Positions 1 through 10,259 of a DNA stretch of 56,335 nt are shown in pieces. The notes below the pieces were generated by a model. It had not been told where the DNA came from. It ran no database searches and worked only from the letters and a program-made list of their open reading frames with translations. Made by a program: the position numbers and the translations under genes. This DNA is from Rhizaria sp. SCN 62-66 (taxonomy: Eukaryota): contig MEDY01000370.1 of assembly GCA_001724265.1 (NCBI GenBank), positions 1 to 56,335 of the forward strand, read 5' to 3'. Each line of letters begins with the position of its first letter. The first letter of the stretch is position 1.

Positions 1-2788
1 CGCGCGGCGGCCACGGGCGCGGCGGCGGCGGCGGCGGCGCGGGACTGCGCTGTGGCCTGCGCGCGGAAAGCCGCGATGGCGGCCTCGGCGGAGCGGAGAC
101 GCGCGGTGACCGCGTCTAGCTCGGACTGCAGCCGGTAGGCCGATGAGCGCCAGTGCTGGATAAGGTACCCCGCTTCGGTCGCACTGGCAGTCGTCGTTGC
201 CAGGGGCGGCGCGGTGGAGGCCGCGGCGCTAGCGCTGGCGCTGCTGAGGGGACGCAGGGGAGGCGGGTTGGACGCGAAGTAGTCGCTCGCACTGTTGATG
301 TTCACATTGTTGTGGTTGCCGACCGCGGGGTCAGCGTGTGCAAAGGCGGGGATAGGGCCCGCGGGGCCGGTCGATGTCGACGGCCGGCGGGCGCGGGGCG
401 GCACGCCATATGCCTGATTCTGCAACGGCTGTTGATGTTGCTGTAGTGAAGTGGGAGTGTGCGCTGAGGCAGGGCGCTGGCGAGAGGCGTTCAAATGCGC
501 GTTGACATTGCCCATTGCACCAGCGGTGTTGGCGGCGGCGGAGGGGCCGCGCGAGAATCCGCCGGTGCTGCCCGACGGCTTAACTTTGAGGTTCGCGTAC
601 GACTGCGAGTGCTGCTGAGGCTGCGCATTGTAGTAATCGTTGTTCAAGTCATAGTTATAGTTGTTGTTGTAGACATCCGTGCCAGCCTCGCTGTGTTGAT
701 ATCCGCCGCGGTACACAGCGTCATCATCGTCGTTCTGCGCGATATCATCAGCGTCGTTGTAATTATCGCCGTCGGCATCGTTGTCATCTGCAGCGCCGGC
801 CGCCAGCGCCGCCGCCATGGCCGCCTCGTCGTCGCCGACTGCGAGGAACGCCTCCGCGCCCGCGCGCCACGCCTCGGCGCTGCGGCGACTGGGACCGCAA
901 AGCCCGCCGGCGCGCAGCAACGCCGGCACTGCGCCCGCACTCGCGGCGGAGGCGGGCTTCGCGGCACTGCCGTGGCCGTGGGTGCCGATGCTGGCGGGCT
1001 GCGCGTCGAGCTCGAAGACGGGGATGCCGATCAGGAGCAGGTTGCGCTCGCAGTCCTGCACAAACTGGCATGATACCTCGCGCACCGTGGCCCGATGCGC
1101 GCGCGCCATGTGCAGCACCAGCGCCAGCGTAAGACGCTCGCACTCGCGGCGCACCACGTCTGGCAGCACCACGACGCCGCCGGCCGTCGCACCCGCACTC
1201 GCAGAACCGCCGTACTGCGTAGAGGCAATGTTGTTCAGAGTCAGACCGTAGTCGAAGGCCTTGGCGTCCTGATCCAGCACGGCAAACTTGTCCCTGTAGC
1301 GGCCCACCGTCGTGTCGACGCTGAACCACGGCAGCTGTGCACTCGCCGCGGCCGCCAGACCCTCCGTGTTCACGTTAGACCCCTGCGAGTGTGCCTGTGG
1401 CTGGGAGAGTGCGGCGCGCGCGGCGGCGCGGCGTTGCGCGGCCGCGATGACAGCCTTCTCAGTGGGGTACTTAGACTTGCTGTCGCCACTTACACCCGCA
1501 TTCGCACCCGTGCCGGCGCCGGCAGCGGTGGAGCTACTGCCATTCAGTCCCGCAGCATTGCTTTGAGTGATTGCGGTGGAGGTCGTAGCGGAGGGCTGCT
1601 GGTCAAACGCGGCCCGGCCCAGGAGCTGCAGCGCGCGGGCGCCAGCGGCGGGGTCCCAACAGCGGTACGTGACCGTGAGCACGAGGCCCAAAAGCGGGGC
1701 TGCGAACGCCTGCAGCACCTGGAAGCGGCCGTGCGGACTCGCACGCGCACTCACAGAGTGATCATGAGTGGCGGAGTCCGCGATGGGCGAGAGCAACGAG
1801 CGCATGACCTGCGGGAGCGCGACGGCGGCAACGGGCGCGGCCAGGCGGTCGCTGTGGCGCACCAGCGCAACGTACCGCGCCGTGTTCGCCGGGGACGCCA
1901 GCGAGGCCGCCGAAAGCAGGCGCGCGAGCTGCGCAGGGGTGAGCGGGCGGGAGCGGCGCATGATGGTGCCTGCGCCGCTCGCGCCCGCTGCCGCCGCCGC
2001 CGCGGTTGTCGCACTCACATTACCGTTGCGCACAGTGCTGGTGCTGGCGTTGGCGGGGGCGGGGTGAGCGTCGGCGCGCTTAGAGAACAGAAGGCAGTGG
2101 AGCTCGCCGTCTTTGAGCACCGCGGTGGGCGGCAGCGGGAGGCGGAGCCGGCGGGTTGGATGCCACAGCAGCGACAGCGCGCGACCTGTCACGTCGCTGA
2201 GGCCGTGGGACCTGCGGTGCACTGGCGCTGGCACTGGCGCTGCAGCAGAGCCAGACCCGGAGACGGATCCAGGGCCCATTGCTGCGTGGCCGGGACGGGA
2301 AGCTGAGGCTGAGGCCGGGCGGCGGTGGCGGCTGCCGTTAACACTGTTCGTAGCCGCATTCGCAGCCGCAGGCGGGTAAGCAGCAACTGAAGGCGGCCGC
2401 TGCTGCTGCTGCTGGGGCATCGCAGGATTGATATTGTTGTTGTTGCTGTTGCTCGGGTAAGGGTAAGCAGTGGTGCTGGGGTTGGTGTAAGGGTCCTGCA
2501 TGTAAGGGTCTTGTTGCGGCATGTAAGGGGCACCGCCAGGGTAAGGGCCTGCAGCACTAGCAGACGGGTTGTAAAGGTCAGATCCAGGCATGAAAGGGCC
2601 TTGCTGCTGCTGCGAGTAAGGATTCGTGTAAGGGTTACTGGTGGGGTAGGGGTACTGCGGGTAAGGGGGGTAACCCATGCCCTGCTGTGCCAGAGAGTAA
2701 GGGGGATACGGGTAAGGGTTACTGCCGTCAGAATTTGCGGGATGAGGCGGGTAGTCCTCGTTTTGCGGAGGCATCATCATCCCAGGCC

Positions 2789-2823
<35 letters not shown>

Positions 2824-3947
2824 TGCTGGAGCTGAGGTTGGTGTGACTGCAGCTGCGGTTGTTGACTCTGCAGCTGGGACTGATTGTTTTGGCCTTGAAG
2901 CTGAGGCTGCTGGTTTTGCAGCCGAGGCTGTTCGTTGCCAATGTACTGCCCCTGATCAAAACCATCGTGACCTTGACTGCTTTTGAATTCACCACCGTTA
3001 TTGTGAACGGTGTTGTTCTCAGGATGACTCGCAAATAGCCCACTATTGTTCTGTTTGTTGTTATCGCTCCGAGCCCTGTCCTCAGCAGTCGCAGCGACAG
3101 GGCCGGGCGCAGCAGCAGCGGGCGCAGTGTTACGCGGTGCAAATGCAGGCCAGCTGATGCGCACCAATCCCCCCGCACCCGCGCCGGCGCCGGCGCCGTT
3201 ACCAGCGCCGGTATTTGCGGCATCCGCGTTGCCCGCAGTCGTAGTCGCAGCGGGGACAGCGGAAGCAGGGGGGGAAGAGGCAGGCACGGCTGCAGAGTCC
3301 GTCTCCGAGTCAAAGCCATAACGGAGATGGCCAGTGCCGTTGCCGCTGCCGTTGCCATTGGTGTGGTTGTGGTTGTTGCCGACGGCGTTCGAACTGTTAG
3401 GGAGCTGCGGACCGAGGGGCTGCGGACCGAGGGGCTGGATGCTCACGGGCACACCCGCATCGCCATTAGCGCCGTCAACCGCCTGGGCGCCGCCGTGTGG
3501 GCCGGACGGCTGCATATGTTGCTGTCGCTGAGGAGGCTGCTGTGGGGCGTGGCGCTGTTGCTCCTGCTGCTAAGGCCGGGGCCGTGCAGTGAAGACGGGG
3601 AAGCTGTCGTCAGCGCCGCCGTAGTAGTCGCCGTCCTCGTCCGCAAACGCAGCAGGGGCGTGAGAGTTAGCCGTGGCGTCTCCGTCAGCGGCGCGCGGGG
3701 TGGTCAGCCGGCGGAACCCCGGCCTGGGGCCATCGACGCGGTCCTCATCGCCCCCGGCCGCAGCAGCAGCAACAGCAGTGTGCGCTGGCGCCGCGGGGCC
3801 GTGTGTGGGCGCGGAGAAGAGGAAGCCCGGCTCCGGTAACGGCTGCGCGGGGGGCAGACCGAAGTTGTTGTCGGCGGAGTCGGAAAAGTCTGCCTCTCCG
3901 GCCGGTGCCGGAGGGGTAAGCAGCGGAGAGTACGGCACGGGGTCCAT
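1..3947 (-). CDS. Large low-complexity (Gln/Pro/Tyr/Ala/Asn-rich) protein of unknown function, 3' end beyond the window edge; one in-frame TAG at 3570-3572
   Basis: ATG at 3947 (MDPVPYSPLL...). The frame continues through TAG (ARPRP*QQEQQRHAPQQPPQRQQHMQ) and stays open for about 3.5 kb to position 1. It includes poly-Q, NPY/DPY repeats and a globular-looking segment (LLWHPTRRLRLP...EVSCQFVQDCERNLLLIGIP). Confidence 0.8.
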
Positions 3948-4554
3948 GGCCAGTGCCAACCGCGTAAGCGCAGATGAAGAGGTGTGGAGTGCGGGCGCGT
4001 CGCTGCGGCGGACGAAGGAGGTTGCGGTTGGAGACCTCGCGAGATGGCTCTCTGCTCGAGAGGTAGACTGCGTTTTGGAATAAAATAATTGAATATATAG
4101 TGAGATCACGCCAAATTAAATCCACAAAGTGATTCATATACTCAGTAACGGATCATGGGTTGAGATATGGCTGCGCAAAGTTAGTCTTGTTTGAAAAGTC
4201 CTCCAACGGACTGACTGGTGACTGCGATGCAGTTCGCTTGTGGCCCGTTTGTGGTGGCTCGGTCCCGTTGGACCGGAGATGACGAGAGGCGATCGAGGAT
4301 CACGGCAGAGCAGCGCGTTCACACTTGATTGACGATACCTAGCGCTGAAAACTTGAAACTACACTTTCAACCGAGCACGGCTATACTACCACCAATTTTC
4401 TCTTCACGAAGTAGCGCTTATCCACTTCTACACTTTTCCCCGCACCTCCACTCATCGCACTTCCACCACCCCGCCATTGCGCGCCTCTGTCTCTCTCTCC
4501 CATCCCCGCTTCCCGCCCACCTGCGCGCATACCGCTGCCCTCGCCCCCGCCAGC

Positions 4555-6157
4555 ATGTCGACCCCCGCCGACGTCCCTGAGACCGACTCCGCCGCGCCCG
4601 CCGTGGTGCACAAGTGCTCCGGCAAAGACTGCACCGCCGATGCCAAGATGCAGTGCCCCACTTGCATCAAGTCGGGCGCGCCCGCGACCCACTTCTGCTC
4701 CCAGGAGTGCTTCAAAGCCAACTGGGCCGCGCACGCGCCCACGCACATGCAGTACGCCCGCTTCCAGCGCGCGCGCGACTTCGTCCCCCCGCGCTTCCGC
4801 TGGACGGGCCCGCTGCGCCCGTCTTACGTCACTCCGCGCCAGGTGCCACCGCCGGTGCCGCGCCCCGACTACGCCTACACCGGCGACCCGCGCATCGAGG
4901 ACCAGAGCAAGTTCCAGCGCGTGGCGCCGACGTTTACGGCGGAGCAGGTTGCGCTGATCCGCGAGGCCTGCGCCATCGGCCGCGGCGCGCTCGATGTGGG
5001 CGCCAAGCTCTGCGTGCCTGGCGCCATCCCCGACGACATCGACCAGGCTGTGCACAACTACATCGTGTCCAAGGGCGCGTACCCGTCGCCCCTCAACTAC
5101 CGCGGCTTCCCCAAGTCTGTGTGCATCAGCATCAACGAGGTCGTTTGCCACGGCATTCCTGACATGCGCCCGCTCCAGGACGGCGACATAGTCAACATCG
5201 ACGTCACCGCCTACTACAAGGGTACGTGCGGCTCTCTCTATCTTTGGTGTTAATTGTAATTATTCAAGTGTATTATGTAATACGGCGGGGTTTATATCTA
5301 TTTCTGAAGTTTTTTTTTGTTTCGGCGTTATCTCTGCTGTCAAGTGTCTCATCTCTATCACGCCCTTTCGTTTTGACACTGTGATCGCTCACCTCTCTCT
5401 TAGGCTACCACGGCGACCTGAACGAGACGTACACGGTCGGCAAAGTTGACGACGCCGGCAAGAAGCTCATCAAGGCGACCTACGACTCCCTGATGGCGGC
5501 CATCGCCTCTGTCAAGCCCGGCCAGCCGATCCGCGAGTTCGGCAACATCATCACCAACGTCGTCAAGCCCCAGGGCCTGTCCGTCGTGCGCTCCTACTGC
5601 GGCCACGGCATCGGCGACCTGTTTCACTGCGCGCCCAACGTGCCGCACTACCAGAACAACAAGGCCGCCGGCGTGTGCAAGCCCGGCATGGTGTTCACCA
5701 TCGAGCCCATGATCAACGAAGGCGGCTGGGAGGTATGTACTCAAATTATACTATTTGTGCAATATTTCGCTGTATATAAGCTGCATGACGATATATTTAT
5801 CAATTATAAACATGGTTTTCTCTTCTATCTTTTATATTCAACATGTCTCATTCAATTACGTCTCTTTGTCGTGTTTTATATTCCTTGCCAATTGTTGCTG
5901 TACAACAACTGCAGGTCACCACTTGGCCCGACGACTGGACGTCTGTGACCACTGACGGCAAGCGCAGCGCCCAGTTCGAGCACACGCTCGTGGTCACCGA
6001 GGACGGCTGCGAGATCCTCTCCGCCCGCACTGCCGACTCGCGTCCCCTGTGGTGGGAGGAGGAGGCCGCCGAGGCCGCCCCCGCCACCGCGGTTGCTGCG
6101 ACTGCGGCTGCCGGTGAGGCCAAGAAGGAGGAGACGGCTGCTGCGGCTGCCAACTGA
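4555..6157 (+). CDS. METAP1: Methionine aminopeptidase 1 (exons 4555-5221, 5404-5732, 5915-6157; TGA stop)
   Basis: N-terminal zinc finger (CSGKDC..CPTC..FCSQECF..W..H), [57 protein letters not shown]. The GT-AG introns keep the frame. Confidence 0.97.
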
Positions 6158-7142
6158 GTGTACAGGCGTTGGGGGACGACGACTGTGCTCCGCGTGCGGT
6201 GTGACCGTGGGCATTCAGTGACTGTGAGCACTCAGTGACTGTGAGCACTTAGTGATCATGGGCGCGATCGAATGAAGTACGGATGTTTGAGTGTGTTGGT
6301 GGTGACTGTGAGCGTAGGTTAGCGCTTGACAGGCTACTTTTACGGCACTTAGACTTCTCAAGTGCTTCAAAACTGACTGAGTATACTGTTCTTCAGTAGA
6401 AATGTTGCTCACTGACAGTTGTCTTGTAATCACTCAGATTTTTTACACGTCTCTTCACTGGCGGGTATGTCGCTGGTGTGGATAGCGGCTCATTGCTGTG
6501 TTGCGTCTTAGTCAGTCAGTGCCTGGAACTGCGACTGCGCCTGCGCTTGTGACCGCGACTGCACAATGATGATGTTGAGGTTTTGATGTTCATGTACAGT
6601 TGAGAAGTGATGAAAGGGCACTGACGAATAAACAAGTGTCTTATTTTATGCGATACATCACAGTGGTTGTTTGAATATTCTTCAATTTTTTCGTTAATAA
6701 TGTCAGTATGACTTTGTAACAGAGTCACTGAAAATGAATCTACTGATTACAGCCAAAAGGTTGAGAATACGACCGTAATTACGGTAATAACGAGCACCCT
6801 CGAGGCGCTGTGCTGGCTCGTTTGTGGCCAAGATCCTGACTTGATTTTGATTGTATGCCATGGATCAATCGTCAACTGTACTTGCACACGGCTAATCGCT
6901 CACCAAACATTGTGTGATTAATGGACATTTTATTAGAGCATCGAAAAACCTTTGGAAATCGCCTTAGAATCTTCTTTGTTTTTCTCGCTTTTGGCCTTCG
7001 CCTTCCTCCCCTCCTTCTGCAGATCTTGAAGAGCACATTTAACTTTGAAATATTGCTCACTACGTAAAACCACCCCGCGCAGACGCACACACAGACACAT
7101 TTTCATTGATATCAATCTCTATTTGTTGAGCCAGCTGTCTGT

Positions 7143-9857
7143 ATGACCTGGCCCGAGCGTCGTGCTCTGGTCGAGCTCAACAAGGCGCTTGCTCCTGTTG
7201 CTGCACTCTCCACAAGTCTGGATGACCTCGCAACGCTTTCCGCGAAGATTCGCAAAGGGCCTGAGGGCGAAATGATCGACACGTTTGTTGAGAACAACAA
7301 CGTTGTTGATATTCTCGCACGCCTCCTCGACCTTCATGACGACAAGAAAGCTGAGCGCAGGCGTGACATTGTTCTGCGGCTCTTCGAGCGCCCTTACATT
7401 AGCAGCCGTTTGGTCACCAAAAGCACCCTGCTCTCACACCTCACAAGCGTCATCGCCCGCAACCCAGAGGCTGGTGACGCTGCGCGCATCCTCCGTCTGG
7501 TCTCGCACCTCGCCGAGCGCTCGCGCGATATCGACTTCCCCGCACCAGTCATGGCAGCCGCTCTGACGAACATGCTTGTCTTTACCGAGGCAGTCGCAGA
7601 CGCGCTCTTCCCCCGCGTCATCGAAGGCGATAAGTTCTACACGTCCCCCGTTGACAACGTGTTCTGCGACTGCATGTACGGTCTGGCGGGCCTCTGTGCT
7701 AACCGGCCGACGCTGCCGCCGTACGCCGCCGTCGCAGGCTTCGTACCGCTACTGCGTCGTGTGCTGGAGCGCGCGCGCGATACGCCGCCCCACGAGAGCG
7801 CGAAAGACGGGATGATTGATTGGGTGACGGGCAGTCTCTCCGTTCTTCTCGCGGTTGAGAACAACAGCAGCAGCGCCGCGGAAGATGCGCACGCGCTCGC
7901 TATGAGCTCCGGGTTCGACCTCGTGCTTGGGACGCTGCTTTTCAGGCATATGTACATCTCCCTTGTTGAGAGATGCGCACTATCGCTTAATGCTGATGAA
8001 ACAGCGTCTGTTTTCACGGAGCCCCGCATTGAGGAGTTCTGCGGCATGTTCTATCACTTCCAAGGCGAGTGGCCCGATCAAGACACCACACGTCTCGCCC
8101 GCATCATTGCTCACGTCGGGGCCGCCGTGCCTGAGCTGCCGGCGAGGCTTGTGTATGACGAAAACGTCAAGCTGTTGAACCTTTGGGACGCGAGGAACTT
8201 TGTCGTGAGTCTTCATGAGGAGACTGAAGCGGATATTTCTGATACTCGGACCAACGAGATTCGGTTGTATCCCAACGTCACAAAGATTTTTGATGCTTTG
8301 CTGTCAACCGCTGCGGACCGCATCAAGATGGCAACGTATATGTTTAAGTTTAACGTGCACGTGTACTGCCTGCGTGTGTTAGAAAGGGCTCTGTGGAACC
8401 CCCGCGGCTACATTCGCCACATCCACCACAACAACCCCCTGATGACTGACAGCGCAGTGGCATCGTCACTTCGCACTCTACGACTTTTGACTGAGATTAA
8501 CGCCACATCACCTATTACCGGGCATGCTGAAAGCCCGACAGCTCACACGTTTTCCACCGATTTTTTCTCTCGGAATGGCGAGTGTTTCCTGGATGCACTG
8601 CGTTACACAGACTACATGCAACGCGACGGCCCCGCACTCCAGGAGCTTGCGCAGCTGCGCGCATTGCTCGAGCGCCTGAACATGGTCGCACCTACTCCAA
8701 CAGCTACAGAGGATGCGATTGCTCAACGGGAGCAAGCAAGCTCGGCGGTGCGCGCTTTCGCGGAGAGCTGCGAGTGCGGCGAGCAGCGTGCGTTTGATGG
8801 CGTTGTTGCGCGCGCCCTCGAGAGTTGCGATTTCCCGTACCGCGTTATTCCGCGTCTCAATAACCGCCTCTACTACAGTCAGATGCAATTTCAGAAGCCC
8901 ACACGCGATGCGCCGGGTCCGTCCGATGCGGCGCTGGCGCTGCTGCGGCTGAAGGCACGCGCAAGCATTCGTGCCCGAGCCTCAGCGGTGATCGTGGAGA
9001 GTAAACTTCGGTCAGATTTGGTGATGAGCGCTCGGCTCTACAACGCTCAGACAGAACAGTGTGACACATACACCATGACGCTTGCGGTTGATGATGAGAA
9101 GTACCCGTCTCACGCCGCGTATTTCCGTGTTGCGGCGCAAGAGGGTGCGCTCGGCTACCGTTTGCACGGGTGCTTTGGAGCGCGGGACGGCAATTCGCCA
9201 TTTATTGCTCTGTACCGCCACCAGCGCGCGCTGAATTGTCCTCCTAAGACGCCCGTAATGCCCGAAACTGACTGCGTCTACGGCGAGTATACTGCACCAA
9301 CCGCAGATACGGCAAAGACCGTGACGTATCCTGGCGGCACTGTGCTGATGTACCCGCGTGCAGCTTTGCCCGAGCAGCGCAGGCGTCCAGCGGTTGACTC
9401 TTACGGAGATCTTTGTCAGAATCTCGGGACATGTGACACTCCATGGTTCATTGTGTTCAAGCCTTGTGACGCAAGCGTGCTTCGTGGCGCCGTGCCAGTT
9501 GGCCGCGTTGTTTCTTGCACCACTGGGTTTGCGAGTGGGCAAAACTATCTCCCCGCTTCGCCGTCAGCAAATAATAGCGATGATGAATATGATGAACATG
9601 ATTTGTTCAACGCGACCCTCTCGAGGTCCACCTTTCAAACCAGTCTTGTGAAGCAGGGTGGATGTGAGTCTATTGATGCAGACGATGTGCAGGCGGCGGT
9701 GAGCCGCATCCACGAGCGTGGACCATTCGACGAGGTGGTGCTTCGGTGCTTTGAGACTCATTGTAGGCTGACGAACTGCAATAACGTGAATCAGCGGTCG
9801 TTCATTGCACTCGCAATCGACAGCCCAGAGAACAGGAGGGCTTTGGAACAGCTGTGA
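7143..9857 (+). CDS. 904-aa intronless protein; helical, ARM-like N-terminal part and a possible divergent cyclophilin-like C-terminal part
   Basis: Long ORF with coding-like codon usage and a TGA stop. The fold assignments are by eye only. Confidence 0.75.
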   Translation: MTWPERRALVELNKALAPVAALSTSLDDLATLSAKIRKGPEGEMIDTFVENNNVVDILARLLDLHDDKKAERRRDIVLRLFERPYISSRLVTKSTLLSHLTSVIARNPEAGDAARILRLVSHLAERSRDIDFPAPVMAAALTNMLVFTEAVADALFPRVIEGDKFYTSPVDNVFCDCMYGLAGLCANRPTLPPYAAVAGFVPLLRRVLERARDTPPHESAKDGMIDWVTGSLSVLLAVENNSSSAAEDAHALAMSSGFDLVLGTLLFRHMYISLVERCALSLNADETASVFTEPRIEEFCGMFYHFQGEWPDQDTTRLARIIAHVGAAVPELPARLVYDENVKLLNLWDARNFVVSLHEETEADISDTRTNEIRLYPNVTKIFDALLSTAADRIKMATYMFKFNVHVYCLRVLERALWNPRGYIRHIHHNNPLMTDSAVASSLRTLRLLTEINATSPITGHAESPTAHTFSTDFFSRNGECFLDALRYTDYMQRDGPALQELAQLRALLERLNMVAPTPTATEDAIAQREQASSAVRAFAESCECGEQRAFDGVVARALESCDFPYRVIPRLNNRLYYSQMQFQKPTRDAPGPSDAALALLRLKARASIRARASAVIVESKLRSDLVMSARLYNAQTEQCDTYTMTLAVDDEKYPSHAAYFRVAAQEGALGYRLHGCFGARDGNSPFIALYRHQRALNCPPKTPVMPETDCVYGEYTAPTADTAKTVTYPGGTVLMYPRAALPEQRRRPAVDSYGDLCQNLGTCDTPWFIVFKPCDASVLRGAVPVGRVVSCTTGFASGQNYLPASPSANNSDDEYDEHDLFNATLSRSTFQTSLVKQGGCESIDADDVQAAVSRIHERGPFDEVVLRCFETHCRLTNCNNVNQRSFIALAIDSPENRRALEQL

Positions 9858-10259
9858 CCCCCGCATATTCCAAGTAGAGGTTACTTTTGCCAACACGAAC
9901 AGGCTTGGCTTGAATCCTAAATACTGCTTCGTTTTCTCTTCGTGTAAGACAGAGGTGACAGTCGCTCAAGCTGAACTCGACTTGGCTAAGGCTGCGTTGA
10001 TAAAGGAAGAGGCCAACCTGGCAAGGCAAAGAACCGAGTTAGCGACCGTCGCGGCGGAGTAGGCTTGTATTGAGGTGAAGTTAAGGAAAGAAAAAGCTAA
10101 GCAGTTGACATGGTGAGCTGTTTTCTGGTGATCAGTTTCAGATACTCAGCAGTGCAGCTGAGTCGTTAGAAACAGAGAAAAATACAAAACTACTCATTTA
10201 TTCCTACGGGATTTTGATTCTAAATACCACCCATCAACGTGCACTATATAATGTTGTTC

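Noticed and set aside
153-4083. Many + strand ORFs, including 1095-2306
   Set aside because: Antisense shadows of the continuous minus-strand gene in GC-rich sequence.
6215-6255. Short tandem repeat (CAGTGACTGTGAGCACT) as a CRISPR-like or regulatory array
   Set aside because: About two copies with no spacers, in a eukaryotic 3' UTR.
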